Shown: positions 52,533 through 63,777 of the stretch, one piece after another
Numbering within the stretch: the first letter of the stretch is position 1
Layout of the letters: every line of letters starts with the position of its first letter
The notes under the pieces: model-generated
Database searches by the model: none
What the model was told of the DNA's origin: nothing
Seen by the model: the letters and a program-made list of their open reading frames with translations, nothing else
Sequence record: NZ_CP097382.1
Length of the DNA stretch: 64,000 nt
Strand: one strand, 5' to 3'
DNA from: a plasmid
Program-made: the position numbers and the translations under genes

Positions 52533-52805
52533 GTGTTAATAATTAACACACAAGGTGATCCTATAGCTCGTACAACAAGTGTAACTATCGGGGCTCAATT
52601 GGATGAGTTTGTAAATCAACTCATATCGTCTGGAAGATATGGTTCAACAAGTGAAGTTGTTCGCTCTGCTCTACGTCTACTTGAGGTTCAAGAAAAACAA
52701 ACGGCAGCATTGAAAATTTTAATTGATGCAGGTGAACAAAGTGGTGAGTCGTCGTTAACACTACATGATATCGCTAAAAAAGTGAAGAATGCTCATAATG
52801 TATAA
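52533..52805 (+). CDS. parD: ParD-family (RHH) type II antitoxin
   Basis: ...ARTTSVTIGAQLDEFVNQLISSGRYGSTSEVVRSALRLLEVQE... matches the ParD/COG3609 pattern. Confidence 0.7.
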   Translation: MLIINTQGDPIARTTSVTIGAQLDEFVNQLISSGRYGSTSEVVRSALRLLEVQEKQTAALKILIDAGEQSGESSLTLHDIAKKVKNAHNV

Positions 52806-52857
52806 ACTTTCCAATCTAGTGGCTAAAGACTTTGATGGGATATTTGAGTATACCTAA
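52798..52857 (+). pseudogene. parE toxin gene remnant (first 19 codons only)
   Basis: MYKLSNLVAKDFDGIFEYT* overlaps the parD stop by 4 nt. The IS30-family element begins 30 bp downstream. Confidence 0.5.
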
Positions 52858-52889
52858 ATGACATGGGGGTTTGTAATATAAAAATCGCG

Positions 52890-53960
52890 AATTCAGATAA
52901 TAAGTGCAACGCTCGGTCATGTTAGATGGAAGGACGGTTAGCTACTGATAAGCTATCCTGCTCTTCCGACCAAAGATGAGCGAGTAAGTATGAAGTATCA
53001 GCAACTAACCGAAGGACAACGATACCAGATATCGATACTGCGTGAGGATAATTTATCCTGCCATGAGATAGGTATCCGTATCGGTGTAAGCAAGTCCACG
53101 GTCTCCCGTGAACTGAGGCGTAACACTTCAGATACTGGTTATAACCCACAACAGGCACACCAGAAGTGCTGTGATAGGCGGCTGTCATCTGCCAAAAGGA
53201 CAATTCCTCAGCAGACCATAGATTTCGTGATATTTGCTCTGGAGTGGAAGTGGAGTCCTGAGCAAATAAGTGCAATTGGCAGCATTATTGGTCTTAGCGT
53301 CAGCCATGAATGGATTTACCAGTATATCTATGCGGATAAGCGTAGCGGTGGCGAGTTGTACAGGCATCTTAGGCAGGGCAAACGGCGATATCGTAAGGGC
53401 TACGGGCAGAAACGAGGGCGCATCCCTGATGCGGTATCCATTGAGCTACGGCCGTCAGTCGTCGATGACCGTAGCCGTCTGGGGGACTGGGAGGCCGATT
53501 TGGTGCAGGGTAAACAGGGCACTGGTGCTATCGTGACACTGGCAGAACGCAAAAGCCGTATTTACCTGACAAAAAAGGTGTTTTCAAAGGATGCGGTGGA
53601 AGTCAGTAAGGCCATTATCTCACTGCTGAGTGAGTATCAGGATGTATGTCACACAATAACGTTCGATAACGGTCTAGAGTTTAGTGAGCACAAGGCGATA
53701 GCAGAAGCACTGAACGCAGATACGTACTTTGCCCATCCGTATGCCTCGCATGAGCGTGGGCTGAACGAGAATACGAATGGGTTGTTAAGACAGTTTATCC
53801 CGAAAGGAACAGACCTGCGGACAGTGACAGAAGAAGACTTACAACGCTATCAGGGAGCGTTGAACAGCAGGCCACGCAAGTGTCTGGGGTTCAGACAACC
53901 TTCGGTGGTGTTTGCGGAGCTAAGAAAGGCGGCTTAGCGTTGCACTTCGGACTTGAATCC
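52890..53960 (+). mobile_element. IS30-family insertion sequence
   Basis: 315-aa IS30-type transposase (52990-53937) with an N-terminal HTH and a DDE domain. Terminal IRs AAGTGCAACGCT / AGCGTTGCACTT. Confidence 0.85.
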
Positions 53961-54071
53961 GCCAATCGAAGAAATAATAATAGAGTGACAAATTATCACT
54001 CTATTATTGGGGGTGATGCAAATAATGAATTAGTGTGTTTTTTGCTCGAGCATAATAATTGAAATATTTGG

Positions 54072-55022
54072 CTAACTTCCTGTAAACCAAATAAAGCCTC
54101 CCATTGTTATTACAGACAAAATCGTACTCCAAAATAGGGTTGATGCCATTTCTTGTTCACCTGTTTTATATTCCACCGCAAAAATAACAGCAATGGATGC
54201 TGTAGGAATAGCTAAGGTAACCGAAACTAAACCACGTTCAACATGAGGTATAGATAAGGCGATCATTATCACTAGAATAATTAATGGCAATAAAATATTC
54301 TTGCTAAGTACGTTTATGATTACTGGAATAGAAAAACTGACTTTTTGTGCGTAAAGAACAGCTCCGACGGCAAATAATGCAACCCCGCCTGTTGCTTGAC
54401 CTAATAAAATAAATGAGCCTTTTAAGAACTTCGGCATATCTAAGCCAATTAATAACAAAATAAAAGCAAGGATTGGTGCCCATACAACAGGTTGTATAAT
54501 TGCATTTTTTATACTGCTAGCAATAACTGAAAAAGCACCTTGCTTACTTGTTGAAGTATCATTGGTATCGGCCCCCACTAAAAAGATTAAGGCTAATGGA
54601 ACCTGAATTAAATTCATTAATAAGCTGCCAACGGCAATTGCAATGTCTGCATCAATAGGAAATAACACACCTAATACGGGAGTTCCAACAAAAGGTACAG
54701 CGGGACCGGCAATGGCAATAGCGCGCAATGCAGCTAAACGCGCACTAGATTTGAAAATAAAACGGGAGATAAGAAAAACAGTAATAAATCCCACAACCAT
54801 ACCAACGAAGATCCACAAGAAAACATCAACATTACTGATTATTTCAGTGAGTGGAGTACTCAGAATTCCCGCAAATAGTAATAGTGGTAATGCATATAAC
54901 ATCACCATTTTATTTAATACAGTAGCTTGATCTTTATTGAAATCATGCCTACACCCTGCAAAATATCCAAGTAAAAGCGTTACCACGATCGGTAATAATG
55001 CTGTAATAATTGTATCTAACAT
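54072..55022 (-). CDS. AEC-family (auxin efflux carrier / malate-malonate permease-like) membrane transporter
   Basis: About 10 predicted TM helices in an MleP/MdcF-like topology. Confidence 0.7.
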   Translation of the reverse strand: MLDTIITALLPIVVTLLLGYFAGCRHDFNKDQATVLNKMVMLYALPLLLFAGILSTPLTEIISNVDVFLWIFVGMVVGFITVFLISRFIFKSSARLAALRAIAIAGPAVPFVGTPVLGVLFPIDADIAIAVGSLLMNLIQVPLALIFLVGADTNDTSTSKQGAFSVIASSIKNAIIQPVVWAPILAFILLLIGLDMPKFLKGSFILLGQATGGVALFAVGAVLYAQKVSFSIPVIINVLSKNILLPLIILVIMIALSIPHVERGLVSVTLAIPTASIAVIFAVEYKTGEQEMASTLFWSTILSVITMGGFIWFTGS

Positions 55023-55090
55023 CAGATAGCCTCTTACTATTCGAAACAATAGGGCGCAATAATATTTATTGCACCTTTTAGTTTATTTAA

Positions 55091-56716
55091 TTACAACAAA
55101 GGCGGGGTTGTTGGAATAATAGGAACTTCAATGACAGTAGGAACTGAACGAGAAAATGCTTCCTTACAGATTTGGTTGATTTCATCTAATGTTTCAGCTC
55201 GTACACCAACACAGCCGTAACCTTTTGCCAAAGAAACAATATCTAAATCAGGTAAATCTAGACCCGGAACGCCAGGTGAATTTTCTAATTTTGCAAAAGA
55301 TTTCAAAATTGCATATTCACCATTACGTGGCACAACAAACAATATTGGTAATTTAAGCTGAGCAGCTGTCCATAAACCTTGAATTGAATATTGCAAAGAA
55401 CCATCACCAATAATGGCAAGAACCGGACGATTTTTACCGCTATCTCTTTCAGCTAATGCAATACCAATACTCGCGGGTAAATTCCAGCCAAGGCTTCCAC
55501 TGGCAAAAGTATAAAAAGAATCGGGTTTATCAATTGACCATGCGGTATGTAACTCGCCAAGGTTAGAGGGTGATTCTTCAACTAATATTGTATTTTCAGG
55601 TGTAAACTCACGCAAACCTTTAAAGAGTTCTAATGCTGAAAGTTGTTCACCTTCTTGCTGTTCTGCCGCAGGGTGGGGAGACATTCTGTGTGATTGTTGT
55701 GGTATTTTAGGAGGTGTTGCTGTACGTTTTTGTACTCGGTTGAGTAATGCTTCTAGTGCTAATACTGGGCTAGATAATAGGCTGTCACCAACAGGTGCTT
55801 TTCCTGATTCATTAGGATCATCTGTAATATGCAATAACTGCAATCCTTCTGGAATGTACTCACCCGCTACATAGGGATAATAACGGAATATTGGTGCTCC
55901 AATGACAATAGCAACATCATAACCTGCTAATTGTTTTGATAATGGCTCAATAGCAAAAGGCAAGCCACCTGCATACAGTGGATGAGTTTCAGGGAATGAT
56001 GGCACTTCAGAAGCCGGTGCGCTGAATACATGGCAATTCAATTTCTCGGCTAATTGAATACCGATATCCCAACCTTGTCCACGAGCAATCCCAGCGCCAT
56101 AAATAAGAGCCGGATTTTTAGCTGTTGAAAGAAGATCAGCAAATTGAGAAATGAGAATAGGATCTGGAGCATATCGTGATGCTACGCTCCGCACAACGGC
56201 ATCTCCTAGCGCAGGTTTATCCCAATCATCTAATGGAATAGATAAAAAGACAGGACCAGCAGGTGGCTGTAATGCCATCGCGTAAGCTCGCATAAATGCA
56301 GCAGGTACATCTTCAGCTCTGACTGGTTCATAGCTCCATTTTATCCAGGGTTTAGGCAATTCTGTAGGTGAAACGTTAGTTAACCATGGTTCCATAAGTA
56401 ACATTTCTCGCGTTTGGTTTCCAGCGGTAATAATTAATGGTGTTTTATTTTGTGCCGCTGTCATGATGTTACTCATTGAGTTACTTAAACCTGCAGAAGT
56501 ATGGACGTTAACAATCGCGGGTTTACGAGTTGCTTGTGCATAGCCATCAGCAGCACCAACTGCGGATGATTCGTGTAATGTTTGCACGTAACGGAAATCT
56601 TCAGGAAAATCCTTTAAAAAAGTTTCCTCAGTTGAGCCTGGATTACCAAATAAAGTAGTTAATTCAAGTTTGCGTAGTAAATTAAAAGTGACATCACGAA
56701 TAGTTTTTACCTTCAT
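55091..56716 (-). CDS. thiamine-diphosphate-dependent 2-keto acid decarboxylase, benzoylformate decarboxylase (MdlC)-like
   Basis: 541 aa. [26 protein letters not shown]... is a near-match to the MdlC N-terminus [20 protein letters not shown]. A TPP-binding GDGS...N motif ([12 protein letters not shown]) is present. Confidence 0.75.
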   Translation of the reverse strand: [541 protein letters not shown]

Positions 56717-57046
56717 ACTGTACTTTCCTTAAATCAAAAAAGTTAATAGTGGTCATGCAGGTGTTATAATAATAAAAGATAAGGTGTATAGATTATTGTT
56801 AATTATTTAATTTAATTGAGGGTAAAGAGTTTGCATATTATAGCATTCAACATAGAAAAAATAATGAAATTATCCTGATTGAATATTGATATTAATAGTG
56901 TTTGTTAATATTTAATTATTCATTATTTGACTTAATTTAGTTCGAATTACTATTTACTACGGGCTTTTTGAAAAAACTGCCTAAGCGAACTGATCCTACC
57001 CGCGTAATGTGGACACAGTCCATGGCTAGGAAGCTGGATAAATAGT

Positions 57047-58048
57047 TTAATGAACTTGTGTCACTCAGAACCTCGGCTGACGTTTGGTCTTAAAGACCAA
57101 GCTTATTTTTTAACACTTCATACGGTGTTTTACCAGCATGAGCTGAGTGGGGGCGATGACAATTATAAAATGCCTCCCATTCAGCTAATTTTTCATGTAA
57201 ATCGACATCATCCTTATAATCGATTAATTGATAAAATTCCTGTTTATCTGTTAAATGAGAACGCTCTACTTTCCCATTCAATCTGGGGGTAGCTGGCTTA
57301 ATATAGACATGCTCCATCCCTAGATCATGAATATGCCAATTAAATTTAGACTGGAATTCGTGCCCATTATCCGTTCTAATCGTTTTGATTCTAAAGGGAA
57401 ATTTATTTACAACATAATTAATAAAATCAATAGCATTAGCCTGATTGTGCCTTTCATAAATTTTAAGTGCTCTGATCCGTGTCGCATCATCAATTGCTGT
57501 ATATTGAAAACGTTTAATTCGTTGTCCATCAGGCGTATTAAAAAATAAAAACTTCACATCGACCTGAACATGGTGCCCTGGCACTTGTTTCTGATAACGT
57601 TTAAATAGTGGTTTAGAGCGACTTCGCTGATTTTGGGGAAGTTGGTTTAATTTGTTTCTGAGCAATACATAATAGCAGCCAGAGCGTGATATTTTGATGT
57701 TATGAAACCGTAGAAGATACCAAGCGATACGTTGGGGACCAAAATGGTAAGTCGTACGCAGATAAATAACCAGCTCTTCGATGTGTTTTGCAACTCTTCT
57801 GGTTGGATTTTCAGGGCAGGGTTTATTGTTGATTAATCCTTTCTCGCCATCTCGTTCATAAGCTCTTTTCCAAGTATAAAAAGTTTCTCTACTGATCCCA
57901 AAATGACGACAAGTTTTAGCAATATTTTTGCTCTCACGGGCATGATTTAAGATTTTTGTTTTATGTGCAATATCTCGTTTAGCTTTAATGTTCATCATAT
58001 CTGACCTCCGGCTACAATTAGAAAAAACTAATTGTCAACCGAAGTCCA
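57047..58048 (-). mobile_element. IS481-family insertion sequence (intact)
   Basis: 302-aa DDE transposase (57090-57998) and imperfect terminal IRs (GAACCTCGGCTGAC / GTCAACCGAAGTCC). Confidence 0.85.
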
Positions 58049-58255
58049 GACTTTCATAGGCATCTGATATCGTACGATGAGACGGTGACAGAGCCTACTT
58101 GTCGCTGTAGGGGCGGTATCAGGGGTTTGACGCTCAATGGAACGGTTTCATACGTTAAGGATTTTTTGTCTGATAAATCATAACATATAAGACACTGCTT
58201 ATATTGACAATATAACCTATAGGTTATATCATTCATTATAATTAGGAGGTTATAT

Positions 58256-58612
58256 TTGTTTATGTGGGAAATATTAACGAGAGATCTCTTTGATTCTTGG
58301 TTTGAAGAACAAAACGAGGAAACTCAGATTGAAGTGTTGGCGGTGTTAATGATTTTGCGCGAGGATGGTCCAAACCTTGGCCGGCCCCAAGTCGATACAC
58401 TGAAAGGCTCACAGTTTCCCAACATGAAGGAACTGCGAATCCAGGTTGGCGGTCATCCAATTAGAGCGTGTTTTGCATTTGACCCTATACGCCGTGGTAT
58501 TGTGTTATGCGCGGGTGATAAAAAAGGAAAAGACGAAACCCGTTTCTATAAGAAATTGATCAAGATGGCTGATGCTGAATATGCAGCGCATCTATTAGAG
58601 CAGGAGAAATAA
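58256..58612 (+). CDS. higB: HigB-like type II toxin (RelE/ParE superfamily)
   Basis: 118 aa, toxin-first arrangement, with the ...MKELRI...GGHPIRACFAFDPIRRGIVLCAGDKKG motif. Confidence 0.65.
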   Translation: MFMWEILTRDLFDSWFEEQNEETQIEVLAVLMILREDGPNLGRPQVDTLKGSQFPNMKELRIQVGGHPIRACFAFDPIRRGIVLCAGDKKGKDETRFYKKLIKMADAEYAAHLLEQEK

Positions 58613-58613
58613 C

Positions 58614-58913
58614 ATGTCCACTTTAGATAAACTACTTGCAAAACAATCCCCTGAAGCACGGGCACAAATCGAAGCAAGAGCTGAAGAAATTCGGCGTGAA
58701 ATAACGCTGGCAAAAATTCGTGAGGAACTTAATCTTTCTCAAACGGAGCTGGCTCAATCACTGGGCGTTTCACAACCTTCTATTGCTAAGCTTGAGAAGG
58801 TTGATAACGATCCTAAGCTTTCAACTCTAAAGCGCTATATTAAAGCTTTAGGTGGTGAACTTTCTATAGATGTCACGCTACCTAATGGTAAGCGGATAGG
58901 ATTGAGTTTATAA
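58614..58913 (+). CDS. higA: HigA-like XRE-family HTH antitoxin
   Basis: 99 aa. The start overlaps the toxin stop. HTH motif LNLSQTELAQSLGVSQPSIAKLE. Confidence 0.65.
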   Translation: MSTLDKLLAKQSPEARAQIEARAEEIRREITLAKIREELNLSQTELAQSLGVSQPSIAKLEKVDNDPKLSTLKRYIKALGGELSIDVTLPNGKRIGLSL

Positions 58914-59095
58914 AAACACCCTCCTAGGGGCAGTTTGGATATCGAAAATTATTGTACGGTAAGCCTGTTTTTTGAACCGGCTTACCTATAGCAATCGGGT
59001 ATACTCAAGGTGAACCGATTAATCATTGTGCTTTGATATCTATTATGAAAGAAGCAGATATTAAAGTTTCTTTAAATGATTAGAATTTGACTATG

Positions 59096-60373
59096 TTAAT
59101 TAAATCCATATTTTTCTCTTCGACGATTGAATGCGTCTTTACCGCCTTCGAGTATTTTTGCGGCTAATGACTGTATTGATTTTTGATCTATCGAGCCTTG
59201 ATTATTTTTTGGTAGTGCCGCGCTGTCTGCTGTTGCTTCAAGAACACCAATCCATTCAGCATCACCAAATACTGGAATATTTGCATTATGTGTAGCGAAA
59301 ATGAATTGTCGTGTTAATTTGGCACTTCTCACCTGAGACACTATTCTGTCGGCAATAAATGCGTTGTCTAGGTTATCTTCGGGTTGGTCTAGTAACAGAG
59401 GATCTTTGTTATCTAGAAGCAACAAATGTAGTAAGGCTGTACATTGTTGACCCGTTGATAATGAGTTGAGAACTTTATAAATAGGTGTAGGTGTCTCGCT
59501 GCTGGAAACATTGAGTTCAATACTTACTAAGTCTTCAACGATAAATTCTTCAATCTCCATGATTTGAGATTCTGAAATTTTAGTTAGCTGCTCCGCAACA
59601 GATTCTGTACAGCCCCAATTTTGTGTGAGGATTGCGTCTTTACCTTCAATAATTTTTTCTGCTAATAGCATTGGAGAGAAATGCTCTGCGGTACTAATCC
59701 ACTGAAGCTTTTTGTTAGCAACGTTTGGCATTCTGAAGGATACGAGTTTGTCAATTAAAGAATTGCGATTCCCCTCTGGAGTATAGTTTACTTTTATGTT
59801 GCCTTTCAGCTTTCGATTTAGTTTTTTCACACCTTGTTCAAATTGACTACTTCGCTGAGACATTTTGTTCGAGAGCGAAGACAGTAATATTTTCCTCATA
59901 GCTACCATTTGAGCGAGTTTAGTTTTTGACTCGATTAATTTTGTTTTGCTCGATTTCAACAGCGCAATGTCTTTCACTAACTGGTTATATTCATCACCAA
60001 TCTGAGAGCCTGTTTTTCCAGCTATAGGGCTAATCTTCTTAAACTCTTTTTCTATTGTAGCCTCATTGGCTTGAATACTTGTATCAAGGCGCTTTTCTAG
60101 TTCAACTATCGCGATATTGTCGCTAGCAAGTCTAGTCATTGCTTGCCCTAGCATAGTACCTAAATCTTTGTTCAAATTTGTGATGATGTTTCTAAGTTCT
60201 CTAAAGATTAATATATCGGGAAAATCCTTGATATCTTCTTCCAAAATGTAGTCTGTTGAGGGAATACCTTCTACCATCTCACCTAATGCGGTGGAAAAAT
60301 CAAAAAGCATTTCACTTACGGTTCTAAATAGCGTTTTCTCTGATGCGAGCAACGGCAAAATTTTTAGTTGTTC
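59096..60373 (-). pseudogene. C-terminal segment of a Rad50/SMC-like ABC ATPase (Ppl-like gene), cut from its 5' part by IS91 copy B
   Basis: A coiled-coil region followed by an ABC signature LSTGQQCTALLHLLLL, a Walker B LLLDQPEDNLD and an H-loop ATHNANI. The apparent N-terminus MFIQFPNH is encoded by IS91 terminal sequence. Confidence 0.75.
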
Positions 60374-61815
60374 ATGGTTAGGAAACTGGATGAACAATTT
60401 AACGAGTCTATAAGGGTATGTTTGGTAGCAGAGTCTGTTAAAAGGTCTCTATCGTATTTAAACTTAACCATGATAACGCGTAATTGCGCTATTTTTAGCC
60501 AAAAACGGGGGTTTTAGATACACTGATCCTAGGCGGCTGTTTGCAGCCATCGTTTTTTGGCCATTTTATCCCGCCTTTCTGACAGTAAAGTGAGTGCGTG
60601 TATGCCTTTTTCCGCACTCATAAACCGCAGTCGGTTTCCACATAAAATACATTGATACGGATCTGTGTTTAAAAAACCTTTGATAAGGGCCGCAAAGCCG
60701 GGTTTTTCAGGTACGTTCGGATGTATCATGTCCAATGCGTCATACACTTTAGATAATAAACGCCCACGCTTGCGATTGGCTAAAAAACCATAATAGCGGA
60801 TCATCTTAAAATGCCGCGCGGGGATATGACTGACATAACGTCGTATCATTTCTTCTTGGGACAAGGTCTGTCGTCGATATTGTTGGCTATGGTGATCATA
60901 ATAATGATGGATGACTGTGCCACCGCTGTAGTGTTTCAACTGAGACGCCGAGATAGGCGGACGTTTTAGGTATCGGCCCAGATATTTCACATTATGCCAA
61001 GCGCCTCGGGTCTTTTTGGCAAAATGGAGTTTCCAATAACGTTGAAACTGTGCATTGAGGTAACGACACCAGGTTGGGTAATCGCGAATATGCCCGAAGC
61101 CAGGCAATTTATTCGGTTGTAACTGAGCATAATTGTCTCGAAGGAGCCGAATAACGGCGCTGCGCCAGACTTTCTCGACGTCTTTCTTTTTGAAAAAAAT
61201 GGGTTTCCAGGTGTCATATTTTGTGAGACCGCCTCGGGTCACCGACAAATGAATATGCGGATGTTGATTAAGTTGGCGACCATAAGTATGCAAGGCACAA
61301 AAAATACCAATTTCGAGGCCATGACGTCTGGCGTGTTTGAGCATAGCTCGCGTGGCACAGCGAAATAGTTGATTAAGTAAGGTCCAGTTGTTGTTAAAAA
61401 AAGACCAAAGCAGGTGGGGCATCGTGAGGGTGATGTGTTGCCATTCGCAGTCTGGCAAAATATGGCGCTGCTGTGCGATCCATTGTTCGGTGCCCTTGAG
61501 GCCACAGGCACTGCAGGCTTTGGATTTACAGGTTTGACAAAAGAATCGCGAATGCGTGCATTCAGGAGAAGAGCAGCAATAGCGGCGAACACCCATCGCG
61601 CAGGTGCTACAAGCGAGCATCTTTTCAACACAGAGGAGTTGCCATTCATCGACAGGGTTGTTATCAATGAAGCGGTTCCATCCGTCATCGTATTGAAATA
61701 GCAGTTTAGCGGGTCTGGGAATATACATAGAGCAGAGTATAAAAGACGAGAAGGGAGTTGCCTAGAAATAGAGCGGCTCAGCCGCGATGCTCACGCCACA
61801 GGCGTGCTTATGTTC
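60374..61815 (-). mobile_element. IS91-family insertion sequence, copy B (identical to copy A)
   Basis: 1442 bp with an identical 399-aa transposase (60529-61728). Confidence 0.9.
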
Positions 61816-63179
61816 ATCAATTCCCAATTCCTAAAAGCGTTTAGCATCCTCTTCCAGTTGTTCAAGCCGTTTAACATCGGACTCAAGATCTGATGACTGG
61901 ACTGTTAAATCTACTATTTTCTGCCTGACCTGAGCTAAATCGTCTACAATTTTGACAACGCCAAACTCTTGCTCAATCTTGCCCCTGTTCAAGAATCTAT
62001 CGACGACTTTTAACTGTTCACTAGAATCTTTATCAATTTCATGAATTTCATTCTGTCCAAATATTTCGATTTCTGGCAATAAATCACTAGGTACGAAGCT
62101 TGATATTTGCCCTGACATTTCTGTAATAATAGGAGATTGTCCATACCTCCTTGTAATCTGATAGTTATTACCATGCTTAGTTGTCGACTTTATCGAAAGT
62201 TTGATTTGTCCAGTGCTTAAGTTCGATTTGACTATTTTCTCGTGTTGTTCACTGGCTTGCTTGCCGATTGGAGTAATATCGAGCGCGTAACGAATACATT
62301 CAAACCCGTACCTCTACCTCCAATAACGGTATTTAGGTGTTCGGAAAAGTCTATTTCGACGCCGCCTAAGTACCCGCCAATAAAAACAACAGACTCCAAC
62401 CTAGAGTAATACTGTTCGCTGATGTCTGAGTTTAATCTGACCCTTGATTCTGGATCATTAAATGCTTGCTTAAATGCTGAAAAACTGGGTATTGTCATTT
62501 TGATTAAACACGACGCGTTGTCTTTCCTTAAAGTTTCAGGCTCTTCAATATCCTTTGCGTTAATTAACGCCATAGGAACATTTCGATGATACGCCATGTC
62601 TTTGTTTGTCAGAATTTGAAAGTTTGCTTGGTCACCTTGTTCTTTTATTGCTTGAAGTGTTGTCGGGATTTGAGCTGCAACTAATAACTCATTTTTCCAA
62701 ATATTGTTCAGTTTTTGTTTGAGTACCCCATTGTCGTCTGTGCAATGGGCTGCATATATGAATCCTCCTTTATCACGCACTTTATTTAAAATATAGTCTG
62801 CACTATGTGGTGAAGGCAATGTGCCTTGGTTAGGATCAATATTTAGTTCGTAAAGATAGTGCTCAAGATTTTTAACTGTTTCGTCTTCATGAAAAAGACA
62901 AACTAAATGCACCTTTTCACTCGACGCAATTTCAAACCCTGGAAAAACAACAATGCCATGCTTGGACATTAAGGCTCGAATTTTGTTTACTTAGCCAACA
63001 TTTCCGTGGTCTGCAAGGCCAACAACTTTGATGTTTTCTTCAAGGCAAACTTCTAGAAGTTTTTGGTTGTATTCATCCCCAGTCAACCCTTGTTGTTTCC
63101 CTCTATAACTAATGTAGTTCGAGGGATTAACTTGAAGTGCACATTTCCAAAATTTTGCTTTAGTGAACGTTGGAATCAT
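61816..63179 (-). pseudogene. 5' segment of the same gene: PHP-domain N-terminus plus ABC ATPase N-terminal region (in-frame TAA at 62988-62990, +1 frameshift near 62290)
   Basis: PHP motif II GLADHGNV, then a stop, then motif III FPGFEIASSEKVHLVCLF. Downstream in the same frame is ...VEIDFSEHLNTVIGGRGTG (ABC N-terminal strand plus P-loop start). The shifted frame continues ...IRYALDITPIGK... through a coiled coil (…RLEQLEEDAKRF) to the IS91 junction. Confidence 0.65.
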
Positions 63180-63555
63180 AAATATCCCTTTGCATTTTTG
63201 ACTAAATTAAGCTTAAGTTTTCATCAATGTTAATTCATTTTAAGGTTTAAACTGTATCTTTTTCAGAATATTGCTGATCATTATTGTGCGATCTATGCTT
63301 TGCTTCATCTTTTTGCTCAAAGCTGACTATCAGTGTTGATTATAATCTACGAGATAAATATTTAATCGCGCCAAACTCCATTCGCCACTCCATTCAAGAA
63401 CCTTCCATTGTGATTTAAATGACAGTGTATCGTTTAAATCAAAAATATAACTCCAATGATATGAAAATTGATAACTAAAATATACTTATTATATAGTTAT
63501 ACTTAAATGGTATGTTGAAGGTTCTTAATGTAAGAATAAGATAATCTTTTAGAAA

Positions 63556-63600
63556 ATTTCGCATGCGAAATTCATTGCATATCAATATTGATATGCAATG
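63556..63600. promoter_or_regulatory. adjacent perfect palindromes (18 bp AATTTCGCATGCGAAATT and 28 bp CATTGCATATCAATATTGATATGCAATG)
   Basis: Both dyads read identically on each strand. The TTTCGCATGCGAAA core recurs at 63762-63777. Confidence 0.8.
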
Positions 63601-63761
63601 AATTTATGATATAATCCCCTCAAGATATGAATTTAGATTCATAGCTTTCAAAGATACATGAAGTTGTGTCTTTTTAGGCGAAACGCCTGACTCATAGGAG
63701 TGGATATGAAAATTGATATTAATATAAGTATATTCTTGTCACACCACACCTTTCTCAACAT

Positions 63762-63777
63762 TTCGCATGCGAAATAC
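63762..63777. promoter_or_regulatory. 16-bp palindrome ATTTCGCATGCGAAAT 13 bp upstream of the ParA-like start (candidate operator)
   Basis: A perfect dyad that overlaps the 3' end of a 24-codon mini-ORF (63706-63780). Confidence 0.6.

Noticed and set aside
57050-57548. Plus-strand ORFs inside the IS481 element (57050-57292, 57327-57548) and a 60-aa ORF at 58054-58236.
   Set aside because: They overlap the transposase on the opposite strand or lie in the IS terminus or spacer. There is no support for them.
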